The position numbers and the translations under genes were made by a program. A stretch of 63,970 nucleotides of DNA, the filler included, from Craspedostauros australis (taxonomy: Eukaryota), in assembly GCA_030167865.1 (NCBI GenBank). It is 4 parts of 4 records of this genome, joined end to end, with 100 filler letters (N's around TTAATTAATTAA, not from the genome) between each part and the next. Parts side by side here need not be neighbours in the genome. Positions count along the whole stretch, not along the records: positions 1 to 28,813 come from JALAGF010003878.1; 3 more parts are not named here. One strand, 5' to 3'. A model generated the notes under the pieces. It was not told the origin of the DNA, did not search any database, and saw only the letters and a list, made by a program, of their open reading frames with translations. Positions 1 through 10,334 of the stretch are shown piece after piece. Each line of letters begins with the position of its first letter. The first letter of the stretch is position 1.

Positions 1-251
1 CAGTGCTGCGTGGCCTGTTGAACCATAAACACAGCAAGAAGCAAAACTCAAGAGCGCAATCGCATGCAAGCATCACACGCAGACATACTCGCACACATAC
101 GCGTACATACACTCACACACAAAAGAACAGAAAGCACAGACATCGATAAAGACATCAACCACCAGTTTAGGAAAGCACGCCCATCATTGCACCCACACCG
201 ATCAAGCCAACAAGCCAACAATCTAACAAATCCACAAGCTCCAAAAGTCGA

Positions 252-2036
252 ATGACCATGCGAGGGGATGAAGTCATTTGTCTGAATGTAGGCGGAACGC
301 CGTTCTATTGCAGCCTCTGCACGCTCACGACAGCCAAGGGATCGTATTTTGATGCCCGTTTCTCATCCGGCTTTCACCCTGGAGGGCAGCTTGGCGAGAC
401 CGGTCTCTGCGGTGCAAGCGGCAGCAACGAAGCCGAATGCCAAACATGCCAGAAGCCCAACGCGATCCCGACCTTCTTCATCGATCGCAATCCTCGCTAC
501 TTCCCTTTCATCCTGCAGTTCCTGCGAGATCAGCAAACCGAGCTTCCGAGGGAGCTGCTGCCTTTCACGCCTGGCAAAGCGGAGCTCTGGGATTGCTTGG
601 AGAAGGAGGCCGACTTTTACTGTCTCGCGCACCTTCAGTACATGCTTCGCACCACAAGGCTCATTTGCAGCACCACCGAATTCCCCTTCCGCTCCGACGG
701 CAAAGGGATCTTGCATCATGTCGGCACCAACTTTGGCAAGGAGGAAGCTTACAACAACCCTTTCCACCGCGGATTGGTGCGCGTCTACCGATCCACGGAT
801 CCGGGACAATCCGAGTCACGACATTGGTCGGAGCAGGACCTGATTTCTGGGACGGACAAAGCACGCGCCAACTTCGTTGCATACCGCCCGATGTTCTGCC
901 AGCTCAAGGCCAAGACGAGACGCAAGAGAACGCGAATGCATCCACCATCATCCTCTACTCGTGTATCATCCCAACGAAGACAGAGACGGCGTCGCAACCG
1001 TCGGCGTTCCCGCGCCAATTCGTCGAATCGAAGGAATGATGCCATCGGTCACATCTTTGCCATTCACGACGACGATGTCAATGATCATGATCATGATGCA
1101 GAGGGAGATGACGGCGCTGTAATTATTGATGATATCGATGAAAGCGAGGTGGAAGAGGATGGCAATCATGATGATGATGATGACAATGGCGAACATCAAA
1201 ACCACCATGCTGATAACATCGACCGCGATGCCGACAGCAGCAGTGATGAGAATCACGACAACGACGGCAATGGCTTGATTGAGATTGAGCAAGATCGAAT
1301 CGCGCAAGAACCGGAGAGCGAGGGGTACGAAATCAGCGTTCCGTACACGGCAGACGTCTTCAGCTGCTGCCTTTACGACGGCCGCATCACCGATCAGGGG
1401 ATGAGCCAATTCTACGTCACGCTGGAGCTGCCTGCGGGCATCAAGGTGAGGCCATCGCATTACTCCTTGCGTCACAGCGGCATCAACTGCCCATGTGGCA
1501 TGGAGTCGTGGGACTTCCTCGCAAGCAAGGATGGGATCGCATGGACCCTGCTTCACGAATCCCGCCGATCCTCTCCCATCAACATGGACATCGTGAAGGA
1601 ATCCATCGAGGGCTCGTCGTCTGGATTGGCAGAGCTGCTGGATTCGACGATCGTCAAGGAGGAAGACATGGTGCTGTTCGCGCAGGATCTATTGGAGCGG
1701 ACGAGGCAAACATTTCCAATCGATCCGGCTAATTTTCGCATGAGCGAAACGGCAAAAATGAAGACCCCCACCAGCAATAGCGACGAGAACGAAGTGTCTG
1801 ATGATGACGACACCAGCGCCAGCGATATCGGCACCAGCAGCAAACAGGTGTACCTGCAGTATCGGCACGGTCCAAATGCTGCTGCTGCACCAACAACGGA
1901 AGACACGGACGACGACGGATTCTTTCGCTTCTTCCGGATTTCTTCCATCCCGCGCAGTTCCGTTCCCAGAGATATCGCACCCTGCATGCACGGTTCCGGG
2001 TTGGAACTCTTCGGTCAGATTCGTCAGGATGGCTAA
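252..2036 (+). CDS. BTB/POZ (KCTD-type) protein with C-terminal HECTD1/F5-8-like beta-sandwich domain
   Basis: N-terminal ICLNVGGTPF...FFIDRNPRYFPFILQFLR...EADFYCL is the KCTD-type BTB signature. GILHHVGTNFG...NNP, VRPSHYSLRH, WDFLASKDGIAWTLL, FRFFRI and SGLELFG resemble the HECTD1-like discoidin-type domain. Single 594-aa ORF. Confidence 0.85.
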   Translation: MTMRGDEVICLNVGGTPFYCSLCTLTTAKGSYFDARFSSGFHPGGQLGETGLCGASGSNEAECQTCQKPNAIPTFFIDRNPRYFPFILQFLRDQQTELPRELLPFTPGKAELWDCLEKEADFYCLAHLQYMLRTTRLICSTTEFPFRSDGKGILHHVGTNFGKEEAYNNPFHRGLVRVYRSTDPGQSESRHWSEQDLISGTDKARANFVAYRPMFCQLKAKTRRKRTRMHPPSSSTRVSSQRRQRRRRNRRRSRANSSNRRNDAIGHIFAIHDDDVNDHDHDAEGDDGAVIIDDIDESEVEEDGNHDDDDDNGEHQNHHADNIDRDADSSSDENHDNDGNGLIEIEQDRIAQEPESEGYEISVPYTADVFSCCLYDGRITDQGMSQFYVTLELPAGIKVRPSHYSLRHSGINCPCGMESWDFLASKDGIAWTLLHESRRSSPINMDIVKESIEGSSSGLAELLDSTIVKEEDMVLFAQDLLERTRQTFPIDPANFRMSETAKMKTPTSNSDENEVSDDDDTSASDIGTSSKQVYLQYRHGPNAAAAPTTEDTDDDGFFRFFRISSIPRSSVPRDIAPCMHGSGLELFGQIRQDG

Positions 2037-2647
2037 CAACAGGGACCGCAACCTTTAGAGACCATTCGTGAAGATGCGCAAGCCACAAAGAAAGGGGACA
2101 GACTCGAAAGAGAATGCAAGGAGCGGCAGAGTAAGATCACGATCAGTCGATAGTATTGGTTGGGCTGGGAAAACAAATGCACCATGCGTACTCGGTCATG
2201 CTAATAGTTCGAAGGAGGGAAAGGAACGGGTTTGGGTCGAATTTGAAGCTACCGAGAAAGCTGGCTTGAACAAAAGACTGACAGTATGGTAAACACAGAA
2301 GCAGACGATAGAATCGATGTGCCAATCTGACTTGGTACAAGGCCACCGCTGCACCACAAACGTACGAACGAAGGAGATGAGAGTGTCACGCGACGCCACC
2401 ATGCGAGTATGTAGGTATAATTTTGGGAATTGAAGACTTAGCAACACTTTGGAACATGATGAATTGATACGCGGTGCAGCACTTCCTTCCACTGCACTCT
2501 ACTGCACACGTGCTTGTACCTGCCGTAGCATTGGCATTACTAGACTCGAATGGAACGCACAGCTGTCTGCAGTCGTGGACCATGCAATGTCCACGAAGCA
2601 GATCATGTGCGGCATGTTGCACAAGCTCGATGCATCGTGCTTGGTCG

Positions 2648-5600
2648 TTACCGACCACCATCCTCAATGGCCTCGGTCAACAGTTCCAGCAACCGATCCA
2701 CCCCAATGGCATGCCACATGGATTGCCAAGCATTGTCCAGCGGCGGTGCATCCGCAGGTCGTCGTGCCACGGTGTGCATCTGCTCAGGGCTCGCACCGTA
2801 GGGGTACATCCCCGCCTTCTCCGCACGGGCATGCATCGCCGCCAGTTCGTCTGCAGACATGGTTGGATTGCGCGACATGAAGTTGATGCCCTCAAAGACG
2901 CGCACACCGCCACGTTCCAGGCATTGAAACTGGATGGCCTCCTTGTACTCCCCAGTCTGAGGGTCCTTCTGCGCGTCGACGATGTAGTTGGGGAACTCGA
3001 CGCCGAAGCCGCTTTCTCTTAGAACGCCCGGTGCATCGTTGGGATCCACTCGGCCAAAGAGGAAGTAATGCGCGCCGTTGGCGACGGGACTCTTGTCCCA
3101 GGACAGCTTGGCGGAATCTGGGGCGGGTCCCTTCACAGCGAAATCATCAATCCAACCCTGACGGTCTGGTGTGAGCTTGATATCCAACGTGGTCTCGTAG
3201 ACCTCCTTGAACTGCGTCCAATCATGGAACTTGTGTTCGTACCATAATCCTTGATACTTTTCGAGATCGAAGTTGTCCATGCTGGGTTGACGCACCTCTT
3301 CGTAGGCCGGACATCCCTTGACGACCTTACTCTGGTAGGGATCGTCCAGAGCAAGGTTGAAGTCACCCATGCCTGCGGTGCCATCCAATCCGGCGCCCAC
3401 GTAGGCGAAGAAGGCGAAGAACAACCCCGCATTGACGGCCTTTTGTATCTCCTTGGAAAATGAGAATGCCGCGATAGCGACGACATTGCCCAGGAGGAAG
3501 GTGACGGGCACGAGGTCCGCAATCTTCGGTCCCGGACTGCCGTGCAGAACGTCGGAGATCCACAGGATGGGCTGTAGCAAGGGATGCCCCACGGCGAAGA
3601 AGATCCAGAAATTGAGGGCCGCCCAAAAATCGGCGGGGTCGGGGATGTTCCGTTTCATCTCAAGGACGCTGCCGATGAAGCTGGCGAAGGCTGGAGCGTG
3701 ACTCAACACTGCTGCGCTTCCGATTGCGCTTGTGGCGAGCAGCAGCGCGTTCTCGGGCAACTGGAAGGCGGGTTCGTCGTCTTCCACTGTCTCGCCGACC
3801 GCCACGATCTCCAAGGTCTCGAGCAGGGCATCCGCGTAGGCCTCGTTGACCTCTTCGGATACGATGGGCTCGGCGGGATGGAAAGTGAATTTCAGTTTTC
3901 CATTGAGCGACATGCAGGAGAATCGGTACAGACTTCCCGATCGCGCGTTGGAGGCGGCGTAGTAGATATCCTGGAGGTTGTATCGCCCATGCGTCGTCTC
4001 CAACGACTGCTGCTGGCCATTTCCGTTGCTGGCATTGCTGGTGCTGTCCTCAAAGCCCTCCATGCGTTCGTAGACGCCGGCATTGGTGAACCCAGCGCTG
4101 TAGGCCCGGCCCTGCGAGGACTTGGATTGCGAGGTGAGATGCACGAGGTTGTTGAGATCGGCAATCGTCATGGCGAAGTCAAAAACCCTGACAGCCTGCT
4201 GCGGACCGTTGTCATCCTGCAGGAATTTTTGTGTTTGCTGACGTCCGTCCTTCGCGAGGTCCCAGAACTTCTGCAGCCGCTTTGCTGTGGGAGCTTGTCG
4301 CAAGCTGGCACCCGTGTTGTCGCTGATGGATCCGTGCAGGAGGTCCATGCTGCCGGCGTGACAGCCGAAGGATTTGCCATCGTCCAGCTTCGCGCCGTAT
4401 CGTCGCATGTCAAGGCTTTGGAGGATCTTGTAGGTTCGTTTGTTGCTGCTGTCTTCGCTGTTGCCGACGAAATCGGAGGAGACCAAGGTGGTGGCTGCCG
4501 AGAGCGCGTTGGTGATGCTGACACCGTTGGCACGACATTGCTCCAGCAGCTTGGTGGTGGTCTCTTGCGAAAGGGAACGAAATTGGAGCGTGGAGCGTCT
4601 CTGGTCGGACTTCTCGTCTTCGCCACCTGCTGCGTTGCCGGAGATAGTGGTGAGCGCACCGAGGATGCCGTTGCCACTATTTGTGGTGAAATCGTCGGGC
4701 AGAATGACGGGACCTTGCGCATCCTCGGCTGCCTTGCCGGCAACGTAGGCCAAGGTGCGAGGCGACACCCCGCCGAACTCCACATCGGACCATGTCTGGT
4801 GCTTGCCCAGCACGGACTCCTCCAACGACAGCGGCATGCTCTGCGGTGTGGGTTGAGTGGATCGGATGGAACCTGCGGATTCTATCTCTGCCACGATCTT
4901 CAGAAGCTGATCGATCAGACGATTGGCGCTGGATTGATCCGAGATGGCGTGATTGAAGGAGAAGACCATGGCGCAGGGATCATTTGATTTTCCCGTGGAA
5001 ACGAGCTGCAATCGCCACAAAGGACCGTCGCCAGTGCTGCACCAGCTGCCATCGTCCAGATCCTTTAGAAAGAGGTTCTGCCACTCCTGCTCCAGGTGGT
5101 CGGAATCGGAGATGGTGACCATTTGCAGAACATCGGCAGCATCCAAGTCCGGGTTGTTTACGAACGTGAGAGGATCCGGCTCTCCGTCGCGCACCATCTG
5201 AAAGAGATCGATGCGCTGTCCCGGCTCCCCACTTCCATCCACGCGCGCGGACAGCAGCGGATGGGCCTGCATCACCGCATCGATGGCCTGCTGCAGGACC
5301 TTCCGCGACGGCGTTGCCGACAGCACAGCGCAGCTGATGTGATTCATCGATGGAAACACGGTGTCCGGGTTGACTGCGTACTGCCTTGGCAGCATCAGGA
5401 GTTCCTGCGATCCCAGAACACGAGATTGCAGCCGCTCGTCGTCCGTCGTTGCATCCGTATCGGTAGAGGAAGCAAACAGCGATTGTGCGTGGTTGCCGCG
5501 TTTCGCGTTCGTGCGGCCGTCGCTGGCCACGCTGGTGGGCACAGCAAAGGCTTCCACCATGGGAATGCCGATGCCCGCGCTGGTGGCAACTTGGGTGGCA

Positions 5601-5677
5601 ACATCGATGACAGAAGCAGCGACAGCTGCCAGCAGAACCAGCTGGTGGGCCTTTCCCAGCGACCTCATCTTGTTCAT
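2648..5677 (-). CDS. Plastid-targeted HxxxD acyltransferase (condensation/alcohol-acetyltransferase-like) fused via TM helices to a lipocalin domain
   Basis: First ATG at 5677 (MNKMRS...), hydrophobic signal segment, then VEA-FAVP (ASAFAP-like). MQAHPLLSARV, GPLWRLQLV and FNHAISD (HxxxD) mark the acyltransferase. Hydrophobic helices follow. C-terminal DNFDLEKYQGLWYE is the lipocalin GxWY motif. Confidence 0.8.
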   Translation of the reverse strand: MNKMRSLGKAHQLVLLAAVAASVIDVATQVATSAGIGIPMVEAFAVPTSVASDGRTNAKRGNHAQSLFASSTDTDATTDDERLQSRVLGSQELLMLPRQYAVNPDTVFPSMNHISCAVLSATPSRKVLQQAIDAVMQAHPLLSARVDGSGEPGQRIDLFQMVRDGEPDPLTFVNNPDLDAADVLQMVTISDSDHLEQEWQNLFLKDLDDGSWCSTGDGPLWRLQLVSTGKSNDPCAMVFSFNHAISDQSSANRLIDQLLKIVAEIESAGSIRSTQPTPQSMPLSLEESVLGKHQTWSDVEFGGVSPRTLAYVAGKAAEDAQGPVILPDDFTTNSGNGILGALTTISGNAAGGEDEKSDQRRSTLQFRSLSQETTTKLLEQCRANGVSITNALSAATTLVSSDFVGNSEDSSNKRTYKILQSLDMRRYGAKLDDGKSFGCHAGSMDLLHGSISDNTGASLRQAPTAKRLQKFWDLAKDGRQQTQKFLQDDNGPQQAVRVFDFAMTIADLNNLVHLTSQSKSSQGRAYSAGFTNAGVYERMEGFEDSTSNASNGNGQQQSLETTHGRYNLQDIYYAASNARSGSLYRFSCMSLNGKLKFTFHPAEPIVSEEVNEAYADALLETLEIVAVGETVEDDEPAFQLPENALLLATSAIGSAAVLSHAPAFASFIGSVLEMKRNIPDPADFWAALNFWIFFAVGHPLLQPILWISDVLHGSPGPKIADLVPVTFLLGNVVAIAAFSFSKEIQKAVNAGLFFAFFAYVGAGLDGTAGMGDFNLALDDPYQSKVVKGCPAYEEVRQPSMDNFDLEKYQGLWYEHKFHDWTQFKEVYETTLDIKLTPDRQGWIDDFAVKGPAPDSAKLSWDKSPVANGAHYFLFGRVDPNDAPGVLRESGFGVEFPNYIVDAQKDPQTGEYKEAIQFQCLERGGVRVFEGINFMSRNPTMSADELAAMHARAEKAGMYPYGASPEQMHTVARRPADAPPLDNAWQSMWHAIGVDRLLELLTEAIEDGGR

Positions 5678-6249
5678 GACTTGTCTGCTGAGTTCCGAAA
5701 TACAGATGGAAGCGAACAATGTGTTGCTATCTCCGAATGCTTGCAGAATGTGGGAGAGTCCTCCTACAAGGTTGGATTAGCATGCATTGGCATGTATGAG
5801 TAATACATTTGAGGAGAGCGGAGTAGGGTGCTCTGCCGAAGTCCTTTTCATCCAACACTCTCTTCCGTTTGCACTCTTGCGCACAAGAAGAGGCATCACC
5901 ATGCACGATGATGCCGACAAAGCTGTCACATCAACATGCACATTCGTTGTTTTCCGTGAAACTTCAAGATCTGTCAGGATTTTTTCATTCGTCTCAATCG
6001 GCATGGTGTTCGACCACTTCGACTAACTTCCTGGATTAGATACCGTCAGTCTGGCTTGTTCACGTCTGCATTTGACGCTGTCCTCACTCTCTACGACGAT
6101 GATCTACTCACACTCTCCACGACATGCGCTGCTCTGCAGATGATGCAGATAGTAGTACGAATGCTGATGATATGTTAGAGTAGTTACGAATGCGATGTGT
6201 CGATTGCGCAGATGTGAATGTAGATGGAGAAATGTCTCGTCGATGGCGA

Positions 6250-8589
6250 TCAATCCGTTGCGTCCTCAGCGTAATCGACGAACGCATCGTCACCGTCAAT
6301 GCCATCATCATCGCTGCCGTCACTGGTGGTTCCCTTTTCCAAGGCGCCCATGTAGCTCTCGTTGTTCATGCGCTGGTTGGTTTCGTCCTGCCAAAGCGGT
6401 GGCAAGGAATCGAAGTCATGGATGCAGACAATGTCTTTCTGTCCGTTTGTGATCACGTGGTACGGTGTCACAACCATGTGGCTTGCGGACGGAGATTGGA
6501 AGCGTAGATCCGACACGGAGTAGTACGTTTGGCCGGTGCAACCATTCAAGATGGACATGGATGATGGCGTTGTGGCCAGAACGAAATGTGCATGCGGCAA
6601 GTAGTCCAGCTTCCACACGGCGTCGCCGTTGCTGGTGCTGCTGGACGACGATTGGCCAGTGAAAGCCATTTGCGGATGATCCGTCGGCTGACGGAGGACG
6701 TGGACCTTGCGGTTGGGGAACGTTTGCGATGCGAGCTTTGGCCAGACGTGGTACTCGAGTGTTGGTTTTTGCTCTGTTGCTTCGTCGCTGTCGGTGATGT
6801 CTTCGACGTACATGGTGGTGTCCAGCAAAGATTGTTTCTTGCGCTGCTCCAGCACCTCGAAATGCAAGATGGCTCCATTGGACAGCCCCACGATGACAGC
6901 ATGCGCCGTCTGCACCGTTGTTCGTTCGTCGTTGTCCTTGGTGCACATTGTGCCCTTGCCGGCATGGGTCAACGCGGTGATGCTGATCTGTTCTTGGTGG
7001 TTGGTGGCGGAAAAGGTGAGGGAAGGCGGAGGCAACATGGTGGGCTCTGCCGCGATGTCGTCGCCACACGATGGCAGAATATCCTGTGCGATGTCATAGA
7101 CCAGCACGTGGCCTGTGCTTGTGCCGAAGTACAGAAGGGAGGCTTCCGCGGATGCGCCATCCTCCTGGAGCGCATCTTTCTTGGGGACCGCCATGGAAGT
7201 GATTGTTGGTTGCGTTGGTGTGTACGAGTCGCCGAGGGAGGAGGAAGCTGACGATGCTTCAGCTTCGACGTCCTCCATGGCATTGTCCTCGTCTTCTGGG
7301 AGGACGGATGGAATTTGTCCAAAGGCCACCAGCTCGGTTGTTTCGGCGTCCCAGACCGAGATCATGCCCTTGGAGGAGACGGTGACGAGAACTTGCTGGT
7401 TGGTGGATGGCAGTGTCATGACTTGGAGGTCCACGGCGTCTCGTGCAGAGACCATGGATAGATCGATGGAATTGGCGAGCGTGGGTACCGAGGCGGCTTC
7501 ACCTTCATCGGAGTTGAAGAGATCATCCAGCCTCCATTGCTGGATGAGCGTGTGCGATGCCGTGGCATCCGTCTTGGTGGCATCGGTTGCGGCGGCCGTG
7601 CCTGGCACAGTCACGAACAAGGTCGATTCTTCATCGATCGATGTGCCTTCCTGCACGACGACCATATTCGAAACCGGCGCGCGCTTGCCGGTTGAGAATT
7701 GGGCCATGATCTTGAAGGGCTTGGGGAGGGTTTCGTTCCACTCCCCATCTTCATCGTCGTCGCTCTGTGCCTGTTGGAGGTGAGATGGCTGAGCGCCCTC
7801 GCTGTTGCTGTCGGCCTTGGATTCTTCTCCTGGACGCACGAACGTGCCGTCTCCGCTCTCCATGCATTCCAGGCTGCTGGCCTCACGGTCGAGCTCGTAG
7901 ACGGCTGCCATGCGGGTCTTGTCTGTGGCATCAATCTCATGCGCTGGCTCATCGCCGGGGGCGGCATTCTGGCCATCGCCCTCTCCGTCGTTGGCAACGG
8001 CCTTGAGCTTGAGCTGCTGGGTGAAGCTGGCAAAGAGCTCCGTGCCCATCTGGATGATGCAGATGGATCCGTCGGTGCGACCGACGATGAGGACGTTGTC
8101 GTCCATGCCTGGTTGGCTGAGGGAGGAGACGGAGATCTTCTGGCCGCCGTCGGTTGGGCCGTGCGGATCCAGCGAGAAGCCACGCACCTGGCAGTTGCCG
8201 TCCTTCCAGTTCTGCTGCTCCTGGTCTGACACCTGCTGCATTCGCTCGCGCAGGACCGTGGAGAAGGACTGGGAGAAGTAGTCCACCACGGGGAACAGCG
8301 GGCTGTCGTCTTGGCCCGTGCCTTCAGTATTGCGACTGCTGCTGCTGCTGCTGTCATGCTCGTCGTCCTTGTTCGTGTAGAAAAGACGGGAGCCCGAAGA
8401 TCGCGTTGCGGTCGTTCCCTGTTTCCGATGCTGGGCCTGATGCTGGGCCTGATGCTGAGCCTGCTGGCTGACAGGAGCATGCTCACGATGCAGAGCAACA
8501 ACAGCGTTGGATGGAAAGACAGCAAAGCCATCTGCCGAATTCATCCACAGAAGGGATGCGGCGGGGACGATCGCGGTGGCCAACCTCAT
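6250..8589 (-). CDS. Putative plastid-targeted WD40/beta-propeller-like protein
   Basis: ATG at 8589, MRLATAIVPAASLLWMNSADG-FAVF is a signal peptide plus Phe motif. Propeller-like blades: LIVGRTDGSICII, LVTVSSKGMISVWD, LYFGTSTGHVLVYD, VITNGQKDIVCIHDF. Confidence 0.65.
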   Translation of the reverse strand: MRLATAIVPAASLLWMNSADGFAVFPSNAVVALHREHAPVSQQAQHQAQHQAQHRKQGTTATRSSGSRLFYTNKDDEHDSSSSSSRNTEGTGQDDSPLFPVVDYFSQSFSTVLRERMQQVSDQEQQNWKDGNCQVRGFSLDPHGPTDGGQKISVSSLSQPGMDDNVLIVGRTDGSICIIQMGTELFASFTQQLKLKAVANDGEGDGQNAAPGDEPAHEIDATDKTRMAAVYELDREASSLECMESGDGTFVRPGEESKADSNSEGAQPSHLQQAQSDDDEDGEWNETLPKPFKIMAQFSTGKRAPVSNMVVVQEGTSIDEESTLFVTVPGTAAATDATKTDATASHTLIQQWRLDDLFNSDEGEAASVPTLANSIDLSMVSARDAVDLQVMTLPSTNQQVLVTVSSKGMISVWDAETTELVAFGQIPSVLPEDEDNAMEDVEAEASSASSSLGDSYTPTQPTITSMAVPKKDALQEDGASAEASLLYFGTSTGHVLVYDIAQDILPSCGDDIAAEPTMLPPPSLTFSATNHQEQISITALTHAGKGTMCTKDNDERTTVQTAHAVIVGLSNGAILHFEVLEQRKKQSLLDTTMYVEDITDSDEATEQKPTLEYHVWPKLASQTFPNRKVHVLRQPTDHPQMAFTGQSSSSSTSNGDAVWKLDYLPHAHFVLATTPSSMSILNGCTGQTYYSVSDLRFQSPSASHMVVTPYHVITNGQKDIVCIHDFDSLPPLWQDETNQRMNNESYMGALEKGTTSDGSDDDGIDGDDAFVDYAEDATD

Positions 8590-9767
8590 GGTGCTGTGTA
8601 GTTGTGCTTGTGGCTGTACTGTGGCTGTGCTGTTGATGTATCGCTTCTTTGCGAGGATTGGATGGTAACTTGTGTCTGTGTTTGTGTCCGCGCCAACTTT
8701 GATGGCTGCAGATGGGAATTGCGAGTTGTGAGTTGTGAGCGAGATGAAGATTGGGGTTTGAAGCGAAGGAGGAGTCTGTTCTGACGCTGGCAAGAGTGAG
8801 TACTTGTGCTGGTAGTACGACTATTCTACTTGTCTGGGGGATGTGAAACGGAACAGAACGAGAAGAGGTGCGAGTGCAAGATCATGCAAAGATCTCTGTG
8901 TCGTGATGTGATGTGTGTCCAAGAACACGCGAGGAGGAGGGAAGAGAGGAAGGCAATGCCAGACATCGAAACGTGATGTCATGATGGGAACTTGCCCAAC
9001 TGGAATGGAACTTCCGCCTGGGTTCTTCGCCTCCTCCTTCCATTTCGCGCGCTTGTTGATGCCGTATCATGGTGATGTGATGGTATCTTTCGCGATAATT
9101 AGGGACCTCGTGAAATTTCGAATTCATGACGAGACTCCTATCCACCAATCAGAAGTATCAGGTTGTGATTCGTGTGCTTCTTCTCCTGCTGTTCCGCCGA
9201 ACAGTTCGCTTTGCTTAGGGACTGGATTTGAATCGTGTCAAGAGGTCGTTTTTGCGAACTTTATTGCAGGTCGTAGTTTGCAGGGACAGTCTACTCTGGA
9301 TATCGTAGACTATTTGTGTTTGCCTCTTTCTCCGTCACAATTTCGTTCCGTGACGGAATCTCTCTCCCGTTCACGGCGCCGTGTTCTGTCACATCTTGTC
9401 GCCCCGCATCTCGTGCTTCACCCTGTCTCGCCAAGCGGCAAAGACGAAAGGAGGTGTGTTGTGCGCCTTCATCGACCGACTAACGACTAACGACGGCGAT
9501 GACGACAGTTCCACGTCAGAATCGCTGTGCTCCGACTCGTACAAGTCTCCACTGATGAGAAGCACTTCAGAAGAGGCAGCTTAGCATGTCGCCGAATGCT
9601 GCTTGTGCTATACTGGGCAGTGCATGGATTTCGCAGTTGCTATGATTGAATACTCTGGAATATTGGCAGTTTCCACTTTGTCTCCCCATTGGCACATCTA
9701 TTCATTGCCGTTTGCTTCCCTCGCATTGTATCATTGCATACGTCCAGAGCAGTCGTGCATACCTCCA

Positions 9768-10303
9768 TCAAGCCTCAGCAGGGCCTTGTCGTTGTTGTGG
9801 CGTCGGTAAGCGACGTCGCCTGCGCTGTCGATCGTTCTGTTGCTCCGAGGCGCCAGCATTGGTCTCCGACATGTGACGCTCCCATTGTCGTGCTCCCCCG
9901 TAGAATCGATTTTCTCGCTGTCGGAACGTGCCCAGAGCATGGCCAAAGTTGATCCCGTTCCCGCCAGCAGCGCCACTGTTGGTATTGTCGTTGCTGCTGC
10001 TACTGCTGCTGCTGGAGGTATCGTCATTATGTTCGCCATCAGCTGCCGAGCTCGTCTCTGGAACAGGGGCCGGATCCGTCGCCCCGAACAACGTTGGGCC
10101 AACCACGACTATCGACGAAGTTTTCATCGTTGCTGCCTTGGTGTTGTACTGACGGTTGCCTTTCCCCTTCATGTTCTTTCCCGCGCTTATGTGTTCACCG
10201 CTCTTGGTTTTCGGTAATTTACCGCCTTTGCCTTTGCCCTTGCCCTTGCCGCTCTGACTCTCGTCGCTGTCGCTGTCATTGATACTGGCATTGTCATCAT
10301 TGT

Positions 10304-10334
<31 letters not shown>

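Noticed and set aside
3584..4987. 467-aa plus-strand ORF
   Set aside because: Antisense shadow of the GC3-biased acyltransferase gene, with no recognisable motifs.
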